From a virus (Duplodnaviria > Caudoviricetes), in IMG/VR virus record IMGVR_UViG_3300005512_000258, positions 1-28,056 of that record: a DNA stretch of 28,056 nt. One strand, given 5' to 3'. Position numbers and translations under genes: made by a program. Of this stretch, positions 13,710 through 22,687 are shown one piece after another. Every line of letters starts with the position of its first letter. Positions within the stretch are counted from its first letter, which is position 1. The notes under the pieces are model-generated. The model searched no databases, was not told where the DNA came from, and worked only from the letters and a program-made list of their open reading frames with translations.

Positions 13710-16104
13710 CTATCTCCCGGTCCTCTTCGGAGGGGAGAAGGCTGGGGGATAGCGGCGTTGTTGGCAAACCCATGCCGCCACCAACGTCAGGTAGCGGCTC
13801 AAAACTAGGCATTTGCATTGGAGGTTGTGGTGCCGGTGTCTGGAAGGCCAACGGATCTTCGCCGATATCCTCATCAATCATAGGCGCCTGTTGCTCAATA
13901 TCATTGAGCTGTTGCTCTAGCATTCGCCTTTCTTCTGCTGGTAGCTCAGGCAAATCTCTGCCCTCATCACCCATCTCGTCAAGATTAGATCGAATAAAGG
14001 CCTGAGTGGCACCGCTGAAGATTGGCGTTTGTAGGTTGCTGATAGACTGACGTGTTGCATCGAGAGCGTTAGATATGCCGCTGGCAACTCGTGCACCCTC
14101 TTCTATCTGTGCCCCTACATAAGGCACCTTGCTTAGCAGACCGCGTCTCTGAGCGGCACTAAGAAGCGTGTAGGCGGTTCCCGATGGGTTACCCTTCGTC
14201 TCCGCCCAAACCGTAGGCAGGACGTCATCACGGAACGCCATGAGCCGGGCAAGCTCGTCCTCAGAAAAAAGCTTACCAATAATAGCTTTTTGTCGCTTGA
14301 ATACGTCGTCAAAGTTGTCGGTTACAGCCTTACGTGATACCGATCCCTTCTGATTCGTAAACGCCTTGGCAAGGATTCCATCCTTCAATAAGGCAGTAAA
14401 CCGTGAGTATTCATCGGCAGGCAGTACGGTCTTCAGTCGATCCAGCATCAATGGCACAGCCTGATTTGGATTGAACTTGTGATGACCAAACAGGAAGTTA
14501 GCCACTTGTACTGGCGTGTAATTGCCTGCGCTCAACTGCTCAAGAAGCCGATTGGCGGTACGATCTGCGTTGTTTAGGTTGGTGCCACCGCCTTTGCCAC
14601 GTAAAGCCATGTAGTCTCGGTACAGGCCGCTGGCGTTTTGTAACTGCAATAAGACCTCTGGATCACCGTTAATCAAGCCCTGCTCAACACCGTTATAGAC
14701 TAGCTCATCTAAACGGTCCTTCATGGCAATAAGAATAGCCTGCTCTTCACTGCCCGGAGGTGCGCTATTAACTGCCGACTTTAGGCGCTTTTGTTGACCG
14801 TGAACATTGTTCAGCGTCTGGTCTCTAAAACGTGGATTTTTGGCAAGTTTGCGAAGGCGCCGCAGATTAGTCACCTCACCCTGCAACACCGGCATGATGT
14901 CTAGTTGACTAAATGCAAATTGTCGTTCAGGCAAAACACTTAAAACCATATCGGCAGTTTGTGACACGCTATCAGGCGTCATGAAGGGTGGATCTTCCAC
15001 CGTTTTGACTGCCTCATAATTCCTTTTAGCCTGCTCCTGAAGCGCTCCAGCACGGCCTGTAACGATAGACGCGGCCTCTTCTGCCGCCGTTAAAGGTGCC
15101 TGACGTAAGTCGCTTGCGATACCGGGGATGCCAGAACCATACTCTTCCATAAGGGAAAGCGCGTCGGCCGTAATTTGATCAAGCTGTCGTTGATCAAAAC
15201 CACGCATAAGCTCTGTGCCGGGCCCTTGATCTGCGTATCGAAGCTCATCTTCTAAGCTTAACTGTTGCGTAAGTTGCGGACCCGGACCTTCTGGGAGCGG
15301 CGCAGTTCGCTGTCCTATTGTTAATGGATAACGTGACTGCTGAAGCACTTCAGGCGTGAGTCGAGGAAACATAGCCTCAGAAAACCTGCGAGCGCCTTCA
15401 CCAATTTTTTGACCCGCAGTGCGAGCACCAGCACCGATGCCCTTTGCAATCTGTGGCGCCGCGATATCAGCCGCCATACCAATAGCCGTAGAGGCCGCTA
15501 TATCGCCGGTCACGTCGCCTAACGTACGGTCTTTGGCTCTTGTCGTCTCTGGCGTTAAAAGCGCCTCAGCGCTCTGTCCGAGCGCCTCAGTAGTAGAGTA
15601 AGCGCCAGCGCCTCGACCCATAGTGCCAAGCACGGTCTTACCACCGCTGACAATCCGGTTGGCCGGTAGAAACTTTACGATCTCGCCAAGAAAAGTGTTG
15701 AGGTCTTGCTCAGACAATCCGGGCTTGTTGACGTAATACGGCAAGTCATTCCACATAACGATTGGCAGGCCAAACTTGTCTTCAAAGACTCCACCAAAAC
15801 GATCGTCGTCGCCAAAAATCTTAGAGATCCTTTCCGCCTTACCTCGATCATCGCGGATAAAGTTGAGTTGTGACGCGACCATCTCATCGAAAAAACCACC
15901 AGAGTCGTCTTCGAGATCAGTAATTTCAGGAAGCTCGGGGAACTCAATCGGCACACCGGCGCCTGTAACGGCATCTTTAAAATCACCCGCACGATCTACG
16001 ATCGTTTGAATAATTGACTGATCGTCCTTCTCAGCATCCTCCTGCGGGCGCTTTTTTTCACCGGGCTGGATTGGAGCAGAGTTTGAAGGTAATCCAATTG
16101 GCAT
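13669..16104 (-). CDS. Internal virion / DNA ejection protein (811 aa)
   Basis: Last of four large genes after the nozzle; helical with a G/A-rich hydrophobic segment; Pro-rich tail ending GIAGLMA. Called by position. Confidence 0.65.
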   Translation of the reverse strand: MPIGLPSNSAPIQPGEKKRPQEDAEKDDQSIIQTIVDRAGDFKDAVTGAGVPIEFPELPEITDLEDDSGGFFDEMVASQLNFIRDDRGKAERISKIFGDDDRFGGVFEDKFGLPIVMWNDLPYYVNKPGLSEQDLNTFLGEIVKFLPANRIVSGGKTVLGTMGRGAGAYSTTEALGQSAEALLTPETTRAKDRTLGDVTGDIAASTAIGMAADIAAPQIAKGIGAGARTAGQKIGEGARRFSEAMFPRLTPEVLQQSRYPLTIGQRTAPLPEGPGPQLTQQLSLEDELRYADQGPGTELMRGFDQRQLDQITADALSLMEEYGSGIPGIASDLRQAPLTAAEEAASIVTGRAGALQEQAKRNYEAVKTVEDPPFMTPDSVSQTADMVLSVLPERQFAFSQLDIMPVLQGEVTNLRRLRKLAKNPRFRDQTLNNVHGQQKRLKSAVNSAPPGSEEQAILIAMKDRLDELVYNGVEQGLINGDPEVLLQLQNASGLYRDYMALRGKGGGTNLNNADRTANRLLEQLSAGNYTPVQVANFLFGHHKFNPNQAVPLMLDRLKTVLPADEYSRFTALLKDGILAKAFTNQKGSVSRKAVTDNFDDVFKRQKAIIGKLFSEDELARLMAFRDDVLPTVWAETKGNPSGTAYTLLSAAQRRGLLSKVPYVGAQIEEGARVASGISNALDATRQSISNLQTPIFSGATQAFIRSNLDEMGDEGRDLPELPAEERRMLEQQLNDIEQQAPMIDEDIGEDPLAFQTPAPQPPMQMPSFEPLPDVGGGMGLPTTPLSPSLLPSEEDREIAMRRQQGIAGLMA

Positions 16105-16105
16105 T

Positions 16106-17722
16106 TTATCCTCTCCATCCTTTGACTACGTAAGGACCCACGCTTGATCCTGCTTCATCAACAATCAGAGGCATTCCATCGGACCCTCGATTCAATATGA
16201 CAGCGCCGTCTGGCAGGCTGTCATACCAACCTTGAATGGCTGAGTCGTCAGTTGACGTGCCATCATATTTTTCCCAAATACCACGATCCAGCTTGCGAAG
16301 CTCAGTTTCAATTGACTCTGAATCAGAATATTGACCAGACGTAAGTAAACGCTTTTCAACATTGTTAAGCTCGATTGCGTTCTCAGTCATCTTCTTAAAC
16401 GCATACAACGAGAGATAGTTAGCCAGCTTCTGATTGCTAATGCTGAGCAAGGCTTGCTTGTACGCCTTAAATTCCATGTCTGACGTAGAGCCAGAGCCTA
16501 TTGGCCTCATCTTTGGACCCAGTCGGTTTGCAATTGCTTCAAGCGAATCTATCGCTGTCACCCCAGCATCAACCGTACCAAACGCATCAGTAGCAATCCG
16601 CTTAAACTGGTTGGCTACCGCATCAAAGGCACCAGTCTGCACGTTCGGATCAAGCAAAAGATTCAATCCCTGTTCAACCGTTGGCAACACCGTAAGCGCG
16701 TTGTCATTGAACTGAGTCTGAGCCTTTGAAATTTGCTTAAGTCGGTCACCGGCGTAAGTTTGGAACAACGGCGTACCCGCAGACTTGCTTGGCGTGATCA
16801 TGATATTGATCACCTCATCGTCCTTTACAAGAGGCGTCAGCTCACCATAGGTGCTACCCACAGGGATGTATTTTCCTACTTGCTCAGGTGTTTTTGCAGT
16901 GATTGAGGCCACAGCGGTGGCAAATGATGGTGCATCACGAGACAAGCCAAGTTGCTCGATAGCGTTTTCAGCATCTGCTTGGGACATAAAGGTGGCAAAC
17001 ATACCTGCGCCAGTCGTTTTTACGCCGCTTGAACCAGCAGGGCCAATCATGGCTCTATAGGACATTGCCTCATTTTCTGTAAGCGGTATCTCTTCGCCAT
17101 TTTGGTAAACCTTGCCATGCAAGCGAATGCCGCCGGGACTGGCCACCTTGTAAAACTTAATTGCGTTGTCTGGTACCTGTTTGGCTTTGTAAAGTTGATA
17201 TTCATTTAGCAGATTACGAGCGGCAGACTCATCTTTCTGCGCAAGCTCAAACGCCTTTAAAGCAACTGCTCTATCTTCTTCTCGCTCTTTACGGCGGCGC
17301 TCACGTTCTTCTTTGCCGAACTGCGCAAGGCCTGCGCCCATCGACCGGAAGGCACCTGCTGTAGGGTCAGCAGACAACATGGCGCCACCAACGGTGGACG
17401 CTAAATCGTAAAAGCTCGGACGATCTCTCTGGCCCATAAGCTTACTTAAACGATCTTGGTACAGGGGAAACCGCTCTTCAAATTTAGGAACCTCAATTGG
17501 TGGCTCTTCTGTTTTTGTGGCAGGTGTCATCAAAGCCCGAGCCGCCTGCTCCTGTAACAGGTTCTCAAAGTCCCTATCGATGTCATCCTGCACGTTCTGC
17601 GGCAGAGGCGTATATGCGAAGGGATCAGGCTCTGGCTCTCGCAAAAAAGTCGACGGATCTAAAATGCCACCCGTGTTAAAGCCCCTAATCTGCTCTTCCA
17701 TTTGAGATCTTGAAATAGCCAT
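16106..17722 (-). CDS. Internal virion / DNA transfer protein (538 aa)
   Basis: N-terminal FNTGG motif, G/A-rich segment, charged coiled coil, C-terminal MRPIGSGSTSDMEF; position in the ejection cluster. Confidence 0.65.
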   Translation of the reverse strand: MAISRSQMEEQIRGFNTGGILDPSTFLREPEPDPFAYTPLPQNVQDDIDRDFENLLQEQAARALMTPATKTEEPPIEVPKFEERFPLYQDRLSKLMGQRDRPSFYDLASTVGGAMLSADPTAGAFRSMGAGLAQFGKEERERRRKEREEDRAVALKAFELAQKDESAARNLLNEYQLYKAKQVPDNAIKFYKVASPGGIRLHGKVYQNGEEIPLTENEAMSYRAMIGPAGSSGVKTTGAGMFATFMSQADAENAIEQLGLSRDAPSFATAVASITAKTPEQVGKYIPVGSTYGELTPLVKDDEVINIMITPSKSAGTPLFQTYAGDRLKQISKAQTQFNDNALTVLPTVEQGLNLLLDPNVQTGAFDAVANQFKRIATDAFGTVDAGVTAIDSLEAIANRLGPKMRPIGSGSTSDMEFKAYKQALLSISNQKLANYLSLYAFKKMTENAIELNNVEKRLLTSGQYSDSESIETELRKLDRGIWEKYDGTSTDDSAIQGWYDSLPDGAVILNRGSDGMPLIVDEAGSSVGPYVVKGWRG

Positions 17723-20457
17723 TAGGGCCCTCCTGTCTGGCTAGGTGGCACGTATTGCTGTCGCTGTTGCTGTCCGGGGTTAAAGTAAGTACCTAGCGCA
17801 CCCAGCGCACTCAAGCCTGTACCTATACCAGCCTGAAGCGGACTAGGTGGCGGCGTGTATTGCGTTGTCACAGCGCTAGGACCAGTTTGACCAGCCGCAA
17901 ACTGCATGAACGGTAGAAGTTGCTGGTACTGCTGTAACGGCGCCTGCTGAGCCTGTAGCAAGCCTGCACGTTGCGCATCAAGCATCTGCTGGCGCTGTTG
18001 CTGTTGCATACCGCCCATACCCATAAGCGCCTGAACATCTTGCTGTCCAGCCTGAGCAAACTGACCGCCAAGCCCTTGCAACTGCTGTCCATACCCTTGC
18101 ATGGCACCACCAACCTGCTGACCCGCCTGACTTTGAACGCCGCCAAGCTGACCATAGCCTTGAGCCAACTGACCGGCAGTGCCCAATGCTTGCTGACCAG
18201 CACCCATACGAGCGCCCATAGCCTGCTGTCCGAGCTGACCCATGGTTTGGCCAAGCTGTGTACCGGCTCCGTAAAGCTGTTGCGCCTGCTGTCCTAGCAA
18301 GCCGCCAAACTGTTGTTGTGCGCCAAGAGCCTGACCAGCGGCACCCATCTGCTGTTGCCCGAACTGTTGCTGTGCGCCGAGCTGAGAAGCCGCAGTCTGA
18401 CCAAGCTGGTTTTGCAGTGCTTGCTGAGCCGCAAGGCCAGCCTGACTGCGCTGTCCGATATCTGAAGCTAGTGTCTGGCTAATACCAAAGCGTTGCTGAG
18501 CCTGCTGACCCAGCAACTGACCTAAGCCACGCTGTGCCGCTAACTGTTGCTGTGCTGTTTGGCCAAGCTGACCCTGTAGCGCCTGTCGCGCTCCTAACTG
18601 GCCTTGTGCCGCCGCCATCTGCTGAGACGTCAGGGCTTGCCCTGCACCAAAGCGCTGTCCACCAATGCTTGATAGGCGATTAGCTAAGCTCTGCTCTGCC
18701 GCTAATCGCTGTTGCGCTTCCTGTCCCATTTGGCCTGTTAGCGCCTGCTGAGCGCCTAAACGCTGTTGCGCCACATCACCAACACGACCGGCCATACGTT
18801 CACGAGAGGCCGCAATCTGCTGTGCTTGTGAACCAAGCTGTCCCGCTAACGCTTGACCTGCACCAAATCGGGTCTGCGCACCACTTCCGAGCATTTGTGC
18901 CGCTCGCTCTTGTGCACCCAGTCTTTGGCCGCTTAATCCTGCCAATCCTGAAGCCGCCGCACGTTCTGCGTCACGCTGTCTCGCAAACTCACCTAGAGCG
19001 GTTTGCTGAGCCCTCTGGAAGCCTGCTGAGCGTATTCCGCCAACTTCTTTGGCCAACCCACGTCCTAGCGCCTCTGCTCGCTCTGCGGCCGTCAGGCGCG
19101 CTCTCGATCCAAAGGCTGACTCACCACCTGTTTGCACGTCACGAGCTTGCTGAGCGATGTCAGCTTGCGCCGCGCCCTTCATAGCATCCTGTATGGTTTG
19201 CTGAACGACACGCTCCTCGTAAGGATCGTAAAATTGACCGGTCATCGATGGATCAAACGCACCGGTCGTGCCGCGTAATAATTGCTCTGACTCTCCGAGT
19301 CGTCCGCCAAACTCTTGTGCGGCCCCCAACTGACGTTGCTCAGCGCCTGTCAATCCACGCCCTAAGCCCTGAACAGAGCTGGCTAAGGCGCCTGTAGCAC
19401 GACTCAAGCCAGTGCCAAGTCCTGCACCAGCGCGTCGTTGCTCGGCCAAAGACTGACCAAGGCCTGCACCAAACTGATCGACTCCACTGCGTAGTTGCTG
19501 TGTGGCTTCACCGATGCCTTGTCCAAACCTGCCGACAGCGCCTCGCTCTTGGCCTAGTGCTTGCATCAAGTCTCGATCAAGTTGCTGTCGAGAGGCCTCA
19601 AGGCCTGATGTAGCGCCGGTAACGCCTCGTGCAAATTGTTGTTCACCCGCCCTAGCAAGTTGATCAACACCCGCAGTTTGTCGTCCAAACCGGTCGACGG
19701 CGGCTTGTTCTACACCTAACTGCTGTGGCAAGGCCTGCCTGTAGTCTTGCGCGCCAGCTCGTAGCTCAGCACCTTGCGCGCCTAAACCCTGACCAAATCG
19801 CTGTGTAGCGGCTAGTGCGCGCTGATCAATACCAGCAGTTTGACGACCAAACCTGTCAGTTGCGGCGCCTAACGTACCTAGTCCTCGTCCTAATCCAGAT
19901 TGGAACTGGTCAAGTGCTTGTGCAGAAAAGCGTCTTTGCTCGCCTATGTCGCCACGTAGGTCGCCTACAGCCTGCTGTGCAAGCTGACGCTGTTGCTGAA
20001 TTCCCTGTAGCGCTTCTTGCAGTCCACGCTGGCGTTGCATCTGCTCTTCACGAGCGCCTTGCTGTAGCTGACCTAATGCTTGTTGCTGAGAGCGCAACTG
20101 CTGTCCCGCGCCTGTCTGGATTGCACCTAAGCCACTACGGAATTGCTCTTCTGCGCGACGAAGGAACGGCTGTTGAGTGCCAACCTGCTCACGCGCTAAC
20201 TGCATTGCGGCTAATTGATCAGGCGAAAAACCTGCTATTTCCTGCGGTATGACGAGAGGTCTACCCTGTTCGTCGAAGAAAGTGCGCTCTGCGGCGCGCA
20301 TTGCACCCGGCACAAAGCCGCCTTCACCCCCTAAACCAAACAGCAACTGCTGAATGATGGGGTCCATTTGCCGCTCTTGTCGGGTTACACCGGCGACGTA
20401 GGGCTGTACGCCGCCGCCCTCCTGATACCGTCTTAGCTTTTTAGGGGGCATTATCAT
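17722..20457 (-). CDS. Gln/Gly/Ala-rich pilot/ejection protein with 18-aa repeats (911 aa)
   Basis: YQEGG motif; central FYDPYEERVV...SAFGSR core; two 18-residue-period arrays; C-terminal GIGTGLSALGALG hydrophobic helix. Confidence 0.75.
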   Translation of the reverse strand: MIMPPKKLRRYQEGGGVQPYVAGVTRQERQMDPIIQQLLFGLGGEGGFVPGAMRAAERTFFDEQGRPLVIPQEIAGFSPDQLAAMQLAREQVGTQQPFLRRAEEQFRSGLGAIQTGAGQQLRSQQQALGQLQQGAREEQMQRQRGLQEALQGIQQQRQLAQQAVGDLRGDIGEQRRFSAQALDQFQSGLGRGLGTLGAATDRFGRQTAGIDQRALAATQRFGQGLGAQGAELRAGAQDYRQALPQQLGVEQAAVDRFGRQTAGVDQLARAGEQQFARGVTGATSGLEASRQQLDRDLMQALGQERGAVGRFGQGIGEATQQLRSGVDQFGAGLGQSLAEQRRAGAGLGTGLSRATGALASSVQGLGRGLTGAEQRQLGAAQEFGGRLGESEQLLRGTTGAFDPSMTGQFYDPYEERVVQQTIQDAMKGAAQADIAQQARDVQTGGESAFGSRARLTAAERAEALGRGLAKEVGGIRSAGFQRAQQTALGEFARQRDAERAAASGLAGLSGQRLGAQERAAQMLGSGAQTRFGAGQALAGQLGSQAQQIAASRERMAGRVGDVAQQRLGAQQALTGQMGQEAQQRLAAEQSLANRLSSIGGQRFGAGQALTSQQMAAAQGQLGARQALQGQLGQTAQQQLAAQRGLGQLLGQQAQQRFGISQTLASDIGQRSQAGLAAQQALQNQLGQTAASQLGAQQQFGQQQMGAAGQALGAQQQFGGLLGQQAQQLYGAGTQLGQTMGQLGQQAMGARMGAGQQALGTAGQLAQGYGQLGGVQSQAGQQVGGAMQGYGQQLQGLGGQFAQAGQQDVQALMGMGGMQQQQRQQMLDAQRAGLLQAQQAPLQQYQQLLPFMQFAAGQTGPSAVTTQYTPPPSPLQAGIGTGLSALGALGTYFNPGQQQRQQYVPPSQTGGP

Positions 20458-22379
20458 GCGGCGGCCTCCGGGGCTTCAGCAAACTCTTTAAACAAGTCCA
20501 TCATCTCATACATTAGCTTGGTTCCACGATCACGACTTTCGTCTTTCGTAGGCGTTAATGTGATAATGCCGTTCTTGTTTTTCATATCAAACGCGCCAGC
20601 CCCTCTAACTGCGCGACCCGTCATAACAAACTCTCCGTCAGAAAGCATCGCAGGAATGTCATCACTAATCTCGGTGCCTTCACCGTTAATGTCGCCATTC
20701 ATACGCTGAAAGTCCTGCTCGTCTACATTGCCACCCTCAGCAAAAGCCATCACAGGACCGCCATAACGCATTCCTGTGGCCTTTTGTGCCTCAAGCTGAG
20801 CCTGAGCCGCTGTAGGTGCTCGACCACCACTCAGCGCTGGTAACGTGCCTTGTGGCAATAATCCAAACTCAACTGGATTTGGTGCCGCCGTTCCTGACCT
20901 GCGAGCAATTTCGTTTTCAAGATTAAATCGACCTGCCGCATTCATAGCGACAGAAGGCGTCAGTGGTACACCCTTTCTATCCTTGGCCTCATCGTAAGCA
21001 AGCTTACCGAGCAATCCAGCAAGGCCAGCCGCTCCTAACATTCCGAGGCCACCACCACCGCCGCCTAATAAGCCACCAAGTCCGCCTGCCTGTTGACCTT
21101 GGCCACCTTGACCGCCTTGGAGAACGTTGAAAATACCACCGCCTGAAGGATCAATTCCTAACTGGTCATCCAAAAATTCTTGGAAAGGAGTTTGTTGTCC
21201 GGGCGTTCCTGAGATCGCTGTGCCAATACGCTGAAATATATTGTTTCCCCCAGCGCTTGCCGCGCTGGGAATATTGATAGCTTGACCGGGCACAATTAAA
21301 TTGGGATCGGTTATTTGTGGGTTGGCGGCGATTAAGTCTTGGAGGGGCACTCCTGTTTTTTGGGCTATTTTACTCAGCGTATCGCCTGATTGCACCGTAA
21401 CCTGACCAGAACCGCCTGCGGCGGAAGCGGTGGCTGTTGTGGTAGGCGCGGCCTGACCAGAGAAGCTTGCACTACCAGCTAAGCCTCTGAGCGTACCTGA
21501 TCCAGACCCGAAAATGGTTTGAGTGGGGTTACTCACCAAGTTACCAATACCGCTTTGCAGTGCTGAGCCGGTCTGGGAGGCGGCTTGACTAAGGCCACCA
21601 AAAATGCCGCCGGAGCCCCCAGCCGCAGTAGAAAGGCCCTTTAGATCTTTTATATTTTGACTAAATGATCCACCAGCGCCTGTGGCAAGAGAAGCCAAAG
21701 CCAACGGGCTTGCGTTGCCCTTAGCTACGTCATAAACAGTGCCTGCCTTGTTGATCAAGGCCGCTACTGGTTGCCATGGACCGGGGATAAACTGGGCCAC
21801 AGACGCGATAGGGCGGACAACCTTCTTTACGACCTTCTTGACGCCCTTGGCTATTTTTTTAAAAAAGCCAAACTCTTCTAACCCCGTGATGGGGTTGAGG
21901 GAAGCAATGCCAAGACCTGCCACATACTCTTCAGGAGCAAGGTCAAGTTGATTAAATCGGTTTTCGACAGCGCGTTCAAAATCTGGATCATCCATCATGC
22001 CCAGCGGCAAAATGACCTCGCCGGGTGTAAGGTGAGCCAACATAGTGTCACCACCACGGCCTGCCTCAGATAACTCCATGGCCATGGTGCCCATCGGTGC
22101 CTCTGAACCGATTTGAGCGGCATTCATAAGCTGTTGCGCTTTTTGAGCCTCAAAAGGATCTTCTGCGGTTTCTTGAGCCAACATCAACTCTTCCATGGCG
22201 GCACGTAGCTCAGCGTTGGGGTCACCTACAGGTTGATCCATGGCCATCGATGCTTCAGCCATGGTTTCAGGGTCCTCAATATCAAAGACTTCGCCACCTT
22301 CTGCCATCATCATGGGGTCGTTGTAAGTGGGCTCTGGCCCCATTAGGTTGGCTATGCGTTGCTCTAAAAATGCGTTCAT
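20454..22379 (-). CDS. Internal virion protein with LysM domain (641 aa)
   Basis: LysM VTVQSGDTLSKIA...LIAANPQITDPNLIVPGQAINIP (21267-21401); NPITGLEEF; FAEGG...SDDIPAMLSDGEFV tape-measure-like module. Confidence 0.8.
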   Translation of the reverse strand: MNAFLEQRIANLMGPEPTYNDPMMMAEGGEVFDIEDPETMAEASMAMDQPVGDPNAELRAAMEELMLAQETAEDPFEAQKAQQLMNAAQIGSEAPMGTMAMELSEAGRGGDTMLAHLTPGEVILPLGMMDDPDFERAVENRFNQLDLAPEEYVAGLGIASLNPITGLEEFGFFKKIAKGVKKVVKKVVRPIASVAQFIPGPWQPVAALINKAGTVYDVAKGNASPLALASLATGAGGSFSQNIKDLKGLSTAAGGSGGIFGGLSQAASQTGSALQSGIGNLVSNPTQTIFGSGSGTLRGLAGSASFSGQAAPTTTATASAAGGSGQVTVQSGDTLSKIAQKTGVPLQDLIAANPQITDPNLIVPGQAINIPSAASAGGNNIFQRIGTAISGTPGQQTPFQEFLDDQLGIDPSGGGIFNVLQGGQGGQGQQAGGLGGLLGGGGGGLGMLGAAGLAGLLGKLAYDEAKDRKGVPLTPSVAMNAAGRFNLENEIARRSGTAAPNPVEFGLLPQGTLPALSGGRAPTAAQAQLEAQKATGMRYGGPVMAFAEGGNVDEQDFQRMNGDINGEGTEISDDIPAMLSDGEFVMTGRAVRGAGAFDMKNKNGIITLTPTKDESRDRGTKLMYEMMDLFKEFAEAPEAAA

Positions 22380-22687
22380 GGTGTCGTTACCGTTACGGCC
22401 CCCACTGTTGCCGACATGGACACGCCTGCCGGATAAGTCTGATGATCGTATAAATCCCTAAATTGTACCCCATCAAACGCCTGATGAATGGAATTAGTAG
22501 TATTGAATATGATAGCGCCCGTGGCAAATTGTAATTTAGAGATCTCAGCCGCATTGAAGTGCGGAGAGATACTGAAGTTGACGCCACCAAGGTTCAGCTC
22601 TAAAACGCGGATAAGCCGATTAAAGGTGTCAGAAGAAACCGTCTCGCCTTGCGAAAAGGGCAGACGAGTTGGCAGTAAGACGCTCAT
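22376..22687 (-). CDS. Small virion protein following the nozzle (103 aa)
   Basis: ATGA-coupled on both sides; GAIIFNTT motif; C-terminal VGAVTVTTP. Confidence 0.7.
   Translation of the reverse strand: MSVLLPTRLPFSQGETVSSDTFNRLIRVLELNLGGVNFSISPHFNAAEISKLQFATGAIIFNTTNSIHQAFDGVQFRDLYDHQTYPAGVSMSATVGAVTVTTP

Noticed and set aside
17868-20252. Multiple antisense or alternate-frame ORFs in the 911-aa gene
   Set aside because: Expected by-products of Gln/Ala/Gly codon bias; no RBS or motif support.
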